NCBI GenBank assembly: GCA_008632985.1 | Contig: QPGO01000008.1 | Coordinates: 166,979 to 230,978 of the forward strand | Reading direction: 5' to 3' | Source: Psammoneis japonica | Taxonomy: Eukaryota | Length of the DNA stretch: 64,000 nt | Shown: positions 37,377 to 49,150 of the stretch, one piece after another | How positions within the stretch are numbered: the first letter of the stretch is position 1 | Layout: the number at the start of each line of letters is the position of its first letter | The notes under the pieces: model-generated | What the model was told of the DNA's origin: nothing | What the model saw: the letters and a program-made list of their open reading frames with translations, nothing else | Database searches by the model: none | Program-made: the position numbers and the translations under genes

Positions 37377-40170
37377 TCATTGTGGTTTTGTGTTAATTGT
37401 TGTAACCTTCTCTCCAGCTTTGATGCCGGTGGAAGACACACGGTTTGAAGACTGCAGCTGGGGAATGTGGCGGTCGACCACAGGATTATAAATTCTCTTG
37501 TCATCAGTAGATGCTAGGTTCGTACTGCCATTGTCGTCGTGCTTCGCAAACGATAATATACTGGTACCAATGATCGCTTCCGCTTTACCCTGTTTGCGAA
37601 AGAGTTGAGACGCGCCACCAGAATGAGCACAATGTGAAGCAGCTGCATTTAAAACGATAGATTCACTTACGCGATGTTGACTCTGAAAGCCAAACTCATC
37701 TATATACCCTAGTACCTTGTTCAACTCATCTGCCGCATCTTGCCTTTCTGAAAGTTTTCGGATAATGTCAAACGGCATGGGGTGAATATGAACGCTATCC
37801 GTGCTCACATCGATGGAGACGTAGGAGCCTTCCTGAATGTCAACTGTAGCAAACACATCATCGCCGTAAATTCGATACGAGTCCGAGTCAGCGTTGGCTC
37901 GTATAGGACTAAACCCACGCAACAAATTGCAAGCTGGGGGCACTGGATCTTGCTTACAAAAGACAGATTCAAAGTTCTGGTGTGGATTCTGATAGGACAT
38001 CATGTTGGCGCCATCAAAGTAATGAAGTGGTCCTACACCCGACTTGGTCGCCACCAATCGCTCATGGAACGCCAGCTCGATTTCAGCTTCATTTGCATAC
38101 CAATTTACTCGTGCTTCGTAGTGTTTGAGTGCGACAAGAAAGCTCCAAGGTGCACCAAAGCCAGAGTGAGATTCTTCATAAACATGAATGCTTTCAAAGC
38201 CAATCTCTTCCAACTGTTGAATCAAAATGGCTCTGGTCTTGTACTTTGATGATAGTTCAGGGGGATCCTTTGACCCGGGTGACGCGCCGAGCTGCATGAC
38301 AAGAACACCGTCGGAATCAAGCCCCGCATACATGGCCTCCAAGAACGTCTTGGTATTGTATAAGACATCGGCAAAGTCAACTTCATCTTCCGGATCGCTG
38401 ATGATGTAGTTCGACGAGGGAAGGAATCATAATGTGTTGTGAGTAAAATTTCCTTTCCAGCTAATAAGAGCAGCCAAACACAACACCAAACCAGCAAAAA
38501 ACTTACAGGGCGTCTACAATGATAACGTCCAATGGCTCTGAATTTTCCATTTTGCTGCCATTGACATGCTTCTCATCATTTGCATCGGAATAAAATCGGT
38601 CCATAAACCATTGAAGAGCATCTTCGTAGTACACCGCCGTTCGTTCATCCTCTACACACCATTCTGCACTGCCTACAAAATCGCTGCAATCGCTCCAGTG
38701 TTTCAAGTGCTGGTGTGACACTTCCACCATTTCTTGATCAATCTCCACCATGATTGCCTTTTCGACCGTCTTGTGCTTCAACACCTCACGAAGAGTCGCA
38801 CCCTCCCCGCCACCGATAATGGCCACGCGTTCAGGGTTACCGTGCGCAAACATGGCCGGATGGACCAAGGCTTCGTGATAGGATGCATCTCCATGCAGGT
38901 TGGATTGCATAATTCCATCCAGCATGACGATACGATTCGGTTGATAGAGATCGGAATGAAGGGATTGATAGGACCCGTCACCCGATATGGACCTTTCATG
39001 GTCTGCCAAACTCCCGACGCGAGAGCGAATCACGTCGTAAACATCAATGCGTTGGTACTTTGTTTGGAATGAAACAACCTGGAAAAGCGAAACAAGACGA
39101 GGAGAAAAATGAGCAACAGCGACGACATGGACTACAGCTCAACTACTACAAAGCCTTACTTCATGTTTCATATCCATATCCATCATGCCAAGGATACATT
39201 TTCCCAGGTCGGCTTGCTGCAACGGATTCCGGTCATCGTCACGAAACCCTCGTAACTTGTGTGACCAAAGGACAGTCGGTTGTTTGTTTGCATCAGGAGG
39301 TGGAATTCCAAAGACACGTTCAATAATGGGCACCACGGGAACCAGTGGCTTTGATCCGCACGTGAACAAGTCAAGAGTTATGACGCCTTCTTCTGGCCAC
39401 GTATGGAAGGAAATGTGACTTTCCAACAGAACACCAACACAGGAAACACCCATGGGTACCAGAGTGTGACAATGATAGGAGAGCAGCGTCAACTCTGTTT
39501 CCTTGACAGTTTCCAAAATCCCTTGCGCCAATCGCTCTTCTGAATCCAGAAAGTCGCTATCCACACCCTTCATATCAATTAACAAGTGCTGCCCAGCAGG
39601 AAAATGTTCTTCTGGTAAACACTCTTCACCTGTTGCATTACGACAAGTGTCAGCCGGTACGTCTACAGACGCAGGCGTTGCATCCGTAGTTGGTGCCCCC
39701 TTTCGCCTCACCAGCACGGAGGAACTGGTGGCACTAGCGGCAGTATCGAAATTACGAGAAGAGTAGCTCGTTCGTGGTACCTCTTTTCCTTCCATGATTT
39801 CCGGATAAGGCAATCCCTTGTTCTCACTGTTACTGTTGCTGCTCGACATGCTGCCGCCGCCGTTCAACGCCCCAGAAGGCAGTCGATACAATTGACCTGT
39901 GCTACCAAGTACGTGTTTTAATAAGAGAATTCGAGCACAGCGGCCTACCGCAAAGGCCAATAAAGACGTGGAGCAAACAGTTAAAAACAGAAACCGCTTC
40001 GATACCAACACCGAATAGGGCCTTGTCATCGTCTGCTTCTCACTTGTTTCAGCATCGCCATCATCGCTCGCCCTAGTAGTTCTTCTTATGAGATCATTAT
40101 TTGTGTTGCTATTGTTTCGGTTAGACGTTTCTCTCGATGCTGTTTCTTTACGACTCTTGCCTGACACCAT
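37377..40170 (-). CDS. S-adenosylmethionine decarboxylase / aminopropyltransferase fusion with an N-terminal TM segment and a degenerate SET-like tail; introns 39159-39079, 38506-38398, 37670-37590
   Basis: GQHLLIDM...GVSCVGVLLESHISFHTWPE (prokaryotic-type AdoMetDC); LDGIMQS..YHEALVHPAM..VAIIGGGEGATLREVLKH..VEID..IIVDALDP (spermidine synthase fold); VFATVDIQEG..SFAKHDDNG (SET-like). Confidence 0.9.
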
Positions 40171-40648
40171 GTTATATAAGACGGTCGGGATGATGATTGG
40201 GTTCTCATGCAATGTACGAATCGACAATCAACAACAACCGAGCAACATCAACAACACTGCCTGTGCGAGATGCACTGTGGAAATGACAAAAATGAGGAAA
40301 AAAGGGCACGTTCCTCTTTTGCCTCGCTGTCCGTTGAATCGCTAAATGGAGAACACCTTTAACTATATACACAATGGTATATATTAGGGTGATTCATATT
40401 CGTTACGAAATTTTTTTAATGTAGAGCGTGCGCGCGTCACGTCAGTTCATGTCACACTGGTGCGCGCGCGCGACTAACGGTACAATGCAAAACAATAGGT
40501 CATGAGCAGGAAGATCGTCCGAGCTCCCACGACCTCCCACCGACAAAGAGCGACCGCACAAGAGATCGATCCAGAAAAAAAGACAAAGGCTAGAGCCACA
40601 TTCACGGTAAAGTAACTTTTACATCACATTATCGTCAGCTTGAACACA

Positions 40649-41911
40649 ATGGTAAGCAAATGTATGAGAGATGGAGGGTAATAATAGAGCCAATGTTTAG
40701 GGTGTCATGGCCATTTTCGAAAACTCCAATTTACTTTTTCATTCTTTAATTTACTTATTCAATTTTGACCATTTTCCTTATTCACAGAGACCAATTTTAT
40801 TAAAAGGCCATGAGCGGTCCATCACCGTGGTCAAGTTCAATTACGATGGCGACCTGCTCTTTACTGCCTCCAAGGACCACGTGCCTTCTGTCTGGAGAGC
40901 TGAAAATGGGGAACGATTGGGTACTTTTAACGGTCATAAAGGAACCATTTGGGATTTAGACTGCGATCGATTCACTACGAGGCTCCTGACGGCATCGGCG
41001 GATGCGTAAGTGATGTTTGTAATGCTGTCTAGTTACGCTTGGAGTTTCTCTTTTCATCGTAAGTTTTGTAAATCTAAGTTACGACACGCTCTTTTTCGTC
41101 CACGGACAACTACTTTAGGACTGCCAAACTGTGGGATTGTGAAACTGGAGAATGCATTCAAACATTGACCCATCGAGGACCAGTACGAGGGGTTGCTTGG
41201 GCGGAGGGTGCTGAAATGTTTGCCACCATTTCGGATCCATTTGTGGAACACAATGCTCAAATCTCGGTTTACGATGTGGGACAGGATTCACCGAGATTGG
41301 AAATTGATTTACCGAAGGACTCAAACAACAAGAAGGTCAACCCGACCAACATTGCATGGCTCAATATCAACGAGGCGCTCTTTGTGACGTTTGATAATGG
41401 ATCCATTCGCTTGTATGATCCAATCACTGGAGAAGAACTAGAAGAATTCTTTCCACACGAAAAGAAAATCAATCGCGTATCCTTCAACCGTGAAAAGACA
41501 TTGTTCATTACCAGTTCGGCGGACTTTACTGCCAAACTCTACGACGTGGTGGACCTGAAGCATCTCAAGACCTACAAGACGGACCGTCCCGTCAATGATG
41601 CCGTCATTTCCGAAACAAAGGATCATATCCTACTGGGCGGTGGTCAAGAAGCCATGTCGGTCACCACGACTTCGGGTAAGGTGGGAAAGTTCGAGACGAG
41701 GTTCTTCCACTTGGTGTACGAAGAAGAGTTTGGAACCGTCAAGGGACACTTTGGACCCATCAATGCTCTCGCGATAAACCCAAATGGGCTCAGCTTTGCG
41801 AGTGGCGCTGAAGACGGATACGTTCGCCTTCACTTCTTTGACAAGTCATATCTAGACATGAAAGACCCTGTCCCCGAGGAAGATGAAGAAGAGAATCCAG
41901 CAGCAGAGTAA
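40649..41911 (+). CDS. EIF3I: Translation initiation factor 3 subunit I (WD40); exons 40649-40651, 40788-41005, 41119-41911
   Basis: [76 protein letters not shown]. Confidence 0.95.
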
Positions 41912-41973
41912 AGTAAACGTTTACCAGTATGCATTAACAAGTTCTCTATAGTTGGTCCGGCATTAGATCAGCT

Positions 41974-42590
41974 TTATTTAACTGAGACTAGAGTGTTCCT
42001 CACAGACAGACTGATTCTGTTGATAATCGCTTCTCCGGCATCCAGATGAAATTCTATCCAGCTTGCTCTCCGTATTCCGTTCACATCCACAGTCTCAAAT
42101 GGTTCTGCTCCTTCGCCTGTCATCAGTGGCAACACGGGAGGGATCTCAACAGTTTCAGTCAGTTTGCGGAGCAGTCTAACTTGCCTGGCAGAGCCATGGC
42201 AGCCAATTGTTGCTTCCAATGCAACCTCTTGCGAATCAAGAGCGGCTTCGTTTAGGGTCTCATAGTCGCCCAGAATATTCTCTCGCCGATAGAAACCAGA
42301 TGCACCACGCGAAGGCGTTCCCACACTTGGGCCATCCACGACAATGCAATGATGGGAATCGTTGCATTCAACAGTTAGAACAACTGGATTCTCCACAATT
42401 TGGTGTTGTAAGGGCATCTACAGGCATCCCTCCAAGCTGTGCATAGTTTTCAATACCGCAACCCTGATAATCTTTATCTCGGCAATATGATAAGAGATAG
42501 TTGGGTTCAACATCAAAGACATGACAGTACGGAGGAAACTGAGTACGGTGTGGTCGACAGCATTGAGATCACAAGCAAGCATGAGAGAGC
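41974..42590 (-). pseudogene. Dead copy of the last exon (and part of the intron) of the M64-like gene at 61552-64000
   Basis: Collinear with 61552-62170. It lacks the 20 bp agcacagccgcgagtctgga (frameshift) and is separated from its upstream exon by the Gypsy insertion. Confidence 0.85.
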
Positions 42591-42607
42591 GCGAGCGAGA
42601 TGTCAGT

Positions 42608-45600
42608 TGTACGGTAGTTGCATACGCCGCCCTAGATAGGATCTACAGTTCATAATTGAACATGTCGATTCAGATCTATTCTCTACACAAGTTCCAGTAT
42701 ATCGATGAGCACTCTAAACATAAAGCTCACTTTTTTCGTCCATCGAATGACGTTACGCTAGATCAGTGCACAGAGAATTCACTTCACGCGTTTTTTCACG
42801 ATGACTTCCAACGATGCTGCGACACCCTCCTTCGAACTCACCGGACAATGGGAAACCCCGAAATGCTTCAAGGGGGGCACTGCGAAGTTTGAAGTTCGAG
42901 ATGTCCCCAACAACATCCACAGTGGAACACACGAGAAGAAAGTGACTTCTTTCAGTGGTGAGCATGGCAATGATGACCCCCGTTTCTTGTGTGATTTCTA
43001 AAGACAGGTGAAGGAGATCTTTGACCGCAAGCCCTTCGAAGCAGGCCCGTCCAAGTTTGGCATCTTCTCCACTTGCCTCATCGGTGCAGCAAAAACTGAT
43101 TGGGAGCAAGCGCAACAGGAATTTGAAGATCCAGTGCCAGAGACTGAGGACACGTTCCAAGCCATCCTTGAGACGTTCAAGACATGCGCCACTTCGAGAG
43201 CGACACGCCTCGATGTGACCAGATCGAACATCTGAGGACCATCAACAAACTGGTCTGGAGCAACTTGTGAGCAGTTCGTCTTGGCAATGGATGGCATGAC
43301 AACTGACCTCCGGCAGTTTCTGCTGGACGTCGACAATGACAGTGAAGCGCTGGACACTCAGCCCACCTTGTCAGACGACGATTGCGTCAACATGCTCATC
43401 AAGAGCGCACCACAACCTTGGCATGACAAACTCACAGCAAATGGCATGAACCCCCAAGACCTTGCCAAAAAGGACTTGAAAGAGCAATTCCAGTGCATGG
43501 AGAAAGTGGAGAAATGCAAGGAGAGATGTCACAAGTGCTCCAACGATGTCGTCACGGAAGCAACAACCAAGACTGAAAGAAGAACAATCGCAAAATGTCT
43601 TGCAAGGGAATGTCCGGGAAAAATCCCCCAAAAGCCCAAGCACTGCAACTTTTGCAAAAAATCTGGACACAACAACCAAGAGTGCTTCACCCGGGACATC
43701 CACATCACAAGAAAGTGTCCTTCAAACACGATGACCAAGACAAAAATGACCGCCACAATGGAGATCACAGCAATCATCACCGCAAGTGCCGCTGTCATGT
43801 CTCCAACAAGGAATCAGAGCAACCACGCTGCTTTTTGGGTGACGAATCCTTGGACTGCAATGACGGACGAGCAGCAATGATGGGCGAGCATGCAAGATCT
43901 GCCGCTCTGAAAAACAGAACAGAAAATGTGAATCTGGCAGCGAACAATCTGATGGCTGCCAGCTCAGCTGCTTGCAAGACAAAATGGATCATGCAAAAGC
44001 GGAGCACAGGAATGCCGCTCACATCCAATCAGGCTGATCGACACCAAAGTTGCAAAGAAAAAATGCAAGACAGCAGCACTGGCTGCAACAGCGCCGCCAG
44101 AGGATGATGCAGTCACTGGATCAAGTGCTCCATCATTGTCAGATTCTGGAAGCTCTGCACCCAGGAGATTTTGGCAAAAAGTCAAATCTGCCAGTTTCAA
44201 CACCAAAACTGGCAAGTTCACATGCCGACACAGAGTGGCATGTGACATTGCCTTGCCAGAGCCGTCAACATCCAAGACCTTTAGATGGTCTTTTTGTGTT
44301 GATGAAACCAAGGACAAGACTTGCAGCTTGATTCTTGGAAGCAACTGTCTCAAGGAACTTGAGATTTGCCTGTCACATTCATCCAAAACTGTTCAGCGGG
44401 GCAACTCATGGGCTCCAGTGCAAAGCCATGATGAAATCAAGCCTGGCTCAGAAGCTGAAGAAGCATTCTGGCAAATGCAATCAGACAAACATGACAAGAT
44501 GGTCAACGAGTGCTCTGCACTCAATGAGAAACAAAAGAAAAAAACACTCAAAGCATTGAAGAGCCATGAAATGCTCTTTGATGGCACATTGGGAACTTCA
44601 ACTACAAACCAGCCAACCTGCATGTCAAACTGGGCAAAGACGTGCCGTTTCACGCAAAACGAGCATTCAACACACCACAGATTCACAAGGACACCCTGCT
44701 CAAAGAAATCCAAAGATTGGCATCAATGGGAGTCCTCAAGCTAAATGACAGCAGCAGGCATGCATGCCCTGCTTTCATTGTGCCTGACAAAAATAAAACA
44801 GCCTGCTTTGTTTCTGATTTGAGAAAGTTGAACGTGAGATTAAGGCGCGAACCATGTCCGCCACCGACCATGCAAGAGTTGCCACAAAACCCACAAGGGT
44901 TTGAGCACACTGCTTCTTCAGACCCAAATGTGGGTCACTGCACCATTGGGCTCATGCCTCAAGCACAAGAGATGTGCGCTGTTGTTGCCCCGTGGGGGAA
45001 GTTCAGCTGTCAATGCCTGCCAATGGGAGCAGCGCTGGCATCAGATGTTTTTCAACTAAAAATGATGCAACTTGTGCAAGGACCAGAGGATTTTGTTCAC
45101 ACTTGCCACAACGACCTCCTTCCAATGGGCCAGCCTGCCTTTGATGAGCACCTTGAGCAACTCGGGGCAGTCTTGGGCTGGCTGCAACACATCGGGCTCA
45201 ATGTCAACGCCGCAAAATCAAAATTCTTTGCTGCTGAAATTGAACACCTTGGTTTCTGGCTCACTGGGGAAGGAACAGAACCTGTGGGTGAAAAAGCAAA
45301 AGCAACGGATGAGATGGAGTGACCAGAAACACAAAAACAACTCCGCCATTTCATCGGCATGGTCAATTTTTACCATGACATGTGGCAATCACGGTCACAC
45401 TTGCTTGCACCACTCTCAGAATTGACATCCAGCAAGAAAAAGAAAAAGCTGAATTGGCTCCCAATGCATGAGAGAGCCTTTCAAGCAGTGAAAGAGGCAC
45501 TGAGGCAAGACGTGATGCTCGTGCACACTTCTCCAAAAATTTTGCTGTCCACGTTGAGGCGAGTGATTTTCAACTCAGCGCCATCATGTCCCAAGAGGGC

Positions 45601-47809
45601 AAGCCAATTGCTTTTTACAGCAGATGGCTCAACAAAGCCCAAAGAAAATGTGCTGCTGCAGAAAGAAAACTTCTCTCTGTTGTGGAGTGCCTGCGAGAGT
45701 GCAGAAACATCTTGCCAGGCTACGAAATTGAAATTTTTACAGAACATGTCCATCTCACTTACAAAACGGCATCATCAGTGCGCGCGCATTGCTGGTGCCT
45801 GTTCACAGAAGAGCTCGGACCCACCTTGACGTTCATCAAGGGAGAGGAAAACATTGCAGCCGATGCACTGAGCCAGCTTGACAAAAAGATTCTGACTGAG
45901 ACAGCCGAAGGCCTTGATGGCAGCGCGCACCCACAACAATCAAATTCAAAGCAACTGGAGCAAATCACGTGATCCGAGCAGCTCTGTGTCCAAACCCGAG
46001 CTTGAGAGAAAAGAAAGCCAATTGAAAATAGCCAAAGCCCTTGCAGAAGAGGCTCTGCCACGATCCCAGCCAGCCCGCAAGCGCAGGCACCTGGAGAAAA
46101 GAGAGGAGACAGCTCCCACTCATGGCTCACCCACCAGCTGCAAGACAATCGTGAAATGCCAATGGAAAGATGCAAAAACATGTGAGAAGCTAGAAACAGA
46201 CAGAAACTGCATGGTTGGAAAGACAGGCAAAAACAATGCAGTCTTTTATGATGGCAATCAGATGCCCGTGCCACGACCACTCCAAAAACCAATCGTGGAT
46301 TGGCGCCATGTCAATCTCTGTCATCCTGGAACAGATCAAACAGAAGAAACAATGTGACAAAATTTTACATGGAAGAACTTCCGCAAAGACATTAGAGACC
46401 ATGTGACACATTGTGATGAGTGTCAATGGCTCAAAAAGCATGCCAAAAAATGTGGCCATCTTCCTGCCAAAGCAGCAGAACATCATCCGTGGCGCAAATT
46501 GTGTGTGGACCTCATCGGTCCCTACAATGTGCAGACCGCTGATGGCAAAATTCACGAGCTCAAAGCCCTTGCCATGGCAGATCCAGCCACATCATGGTTT
46601 GAGATCAAGGAAACACCCGATGCTGTGAGCAAGACAGCAGCGCCAACAGTCAACCAAGAATGGCTCTGTTGCTGCCCTCATCCTTGCAAGATCCCTTGTG
46701 ATCAGGGTGGTGAGTTCACTGGCCAAAAATTCCAAGATCTGTTAGAATCTCATGGAGTCAAAGGCAAGCCAGCTTCCAGCTGAAATCCACAGGCAAATGG
46801 CCTCATTGAGCGCACTCACCTCACTCCACACAACATGCTGTGCACATTTGACCTGCAACTGCAGACACTGAATCCAATTGATCCTTGGTCTGGCTGTTTG
46901 GCCAATGTGGCTGATGGCAAAATTCACGAGCTCAAAGCCCTTGCCATGGCAGATCCAGCCACATCGTGGTTTGAGATCAAGGAAACACCCGACGCTACAA
47001 GCAAAATGGCAGCACCAACAGTCAACCAAGAATGGTTCTGTCACTGCCCTCATCCTTGCAAGATCACTTGTGATCAGGGTGGTGAGTTCACTGGCCAAAA
47101 ATTCCAAGATCTGTTAGAATCTCATGGAGTCAAAGGCAAGCCAGCTTCCAGCTGAAATCCACAGGCAAATGGCCTCATTGAGCGCATTCACCTCACTCCA
47201 CACAACATGCTGTGCACATTTGACCTGCAACTGCAGACACTGAATCCAATTGATCCTTGGTCTGGCTGTTTGGCCAATGTGGCCTGTGAAATTAGAAGCA
47301 CCTGTGCCACACTGCACTCCAAGCCACCCCAGCAGAACTGGTTTTTGGACATGACATGATTTTTGACAGAAGATTTGGTGCCAATTGGGACCAGATCCTG
47401 TGGCAAAAGCAACATCTGATCAACCAAAATGACAAGCATGAAAACCTGAAACAAACCACCCATCAACATCAAGTGGGCGACCATGTTCCATGCAAATGAC
47501 ATGCCCGACGCAAGCATGATGTCATTGAAGTCTGTTCCAATGGCACAGTGCAGATCCAAACCAGTCAAAGGATCAAAGAGAGAGTCAATGTTTGTCTCTC
47601 ACACCTTTGCAAACACCATCCTTGACCTTGCCAAACCCTTGGGGAAGCGAGTGCAGTGCACCGCCCTGGGATCCACAGCTCACAATTGAACATGTCTTCT
47701 GACGTTGCTCATCTGATGATGTGGACGATGACTCAGATCCATTCTTGACACAAGTTCCGGAAGATCAACAAGTGCTCTAAACACAAAGCTCGCTTTTTTT
47801 GTCCATTCA
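42608..47809 (+). mobile_element. Degenerate full-length Ty3/Gypsy LTR retrotransposon inserted in an intron of the dead M64-like copy
   Basis: Gag knuckle CNFCKKSGHNNQEC; protease DSGSS; RT (PWGKFSCQCLPMG, HTCHNDLL); RNase H (KPIAFYSR, ENIAADALS); integrase (LCHPG, CVDLIGP, DQGGEF, PQANGLIER). Polypurine tract ggggaagcgag at 47641. Related LTRs at about 42608-42746 and 47652-47809; candidate TSD tcagt (42603-42607, 47807-47811). Confidence 0.9.
46538..47281 (+). repeat. 372-bp tandem duplication inside the Gypsy integrase
   Basis: ADGKIHELKALAMADPATSWFEIKE...GVKGKPASS occurs twice, starting at 46538 and 46910. Confidence 0.95.
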
Positions 47810-48175
47810 GTGAAATCGCCACAGCTTCCAACCTTTGGTGCAGCTCACTTGCAGGCCCTGTCAGAACTTTGCATGTGCAGCATGTGAATCTTTTGTTGAC
47901 AGCTCCAGCTGTGATTTGCCAGGGTGTGCACAAATGATTGTTCAATGACAAATCCCTCATCAATCCGACAACCAACCATGCATCTGGCTTGGTTGCATCC
48001 TGGCGGGGTGGCTTCAATCAAGTCAGCCCACTTTGAGCACCACGGGTGCTTGTCACAGTTGGGATGGTTTGAAGTCCGACCACCATGACAAGTGACCCAG
48101 CTCATGAACTGCAACCAAAGCACTGTCAGGATGGAGGGCAGTGGAAGCAACGTTGTCTTGGGCACAACCGGTGCC
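47810..48175 (-). pseudogene. Hypermutated fragment of the M64-like catalytic exon (continuation of the dead copy)
   Basis: Aligns to 62176-62568. A deletion removes most of the LFALADEYF segment after HELGH, and TpA/CpG sites are converted. Confidence 0.9.
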
Positions 48176-48440
48176 AAAAAAAAAGAAAAAAGGAAAAGAA
48201 GGGATTGGCCTTGAAACCACAAGCCGGCACCCTCAGGAAGATTGATGGACAGATCACGCAGATCCCGAGCAGGGAAACATGCTGTGTGAAAAGGGCAGTC
48301 ACATGAGTTGGCACAGCAAACATCTGCACAAAGAGCAGCATCAGAAAAACACACAACCAAGACCAGATTGCATGCACACAGAAACAGAAAAGGGCAAAAA
48401 AAGGAAAACACACCACATGAGGCATGTCAAATGAAACATT

Positions 48441-49150
48441 TTAGAATTTTGAAATTTTCAAAATTCTTGCAGAGGTGGGGCATGGCCACTGAGCAGTCAA
48501 GAGCTCTGAGCTGGTGGTCTGCTGACAAAGCAGAGTTTCCAAGGCATGCCATGAAGGCAGTCGAACATCAGTGCAGCAGTGCTGAATGGCTTCCGTGCTA
48601 AAGTTCATTTGGCGGAGCATCTGGCAGGCCCCAACACGAAAGGAATGGGAAGACCATCTGTTGACAGCCTTCTTGTCCTTGACCAGATCAAGTTTGTGCA
48701 CCTTGGCGGCCACTTCATGGACATCTTTCTCAATCACCTTGGAGGTGACGAGCTCAATCTCCTTGCCTGCAGGTTTGCACAAGGACAGAGGAGTTGGTGA
48801 TCTTGTGACCAAGTCAGTTGCAGCCAAACACTGAAAATCTGATTGAAGTGGCAAACAGCAGTCACTTGCATTGAGGGATCACCTTGACATGCTTGGTTGG
48901 TCTTTCAGCTGCATTTGGAACAGATGATTCTTGTCCAAGGGTGACAACAGCTGGGCTGTTCCTCATTGGTTCAAATGCAATGGAAACAGGAGACCTGTTC
49001 TCTTTCACTGCATGCAGTGCCAAAGGCAGTCCCACACAATTGACAACAATGTCATGCACATTTGGTTTTTTTTTGGTGTGATGCATCAACACCCTCATGC
49101 CATTCTTGTCCAGAATCAATTGCCGTTTGCACAGGCAACACACCATTTTC
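48441..49150 (-). pseudogene. Tyrosine recombinase relic (DIRS/Ngaro- or Crypton-like element; extent unknown)
   Basis: WSSHSFRVGAC (HSxRxG), followed after a frameshift by CSTAFMACLGN, resembling WxSxAFxxYLR with the catalytic Tyr codon read as TGC. Confidence 0.7.

Noticed and set aside
41974..42417. Stand-alone 147-aa gene (and the 138-aa ORF at 61552-61968)
   Set aside because: Both are parts of the last exon of the M64-like gene.
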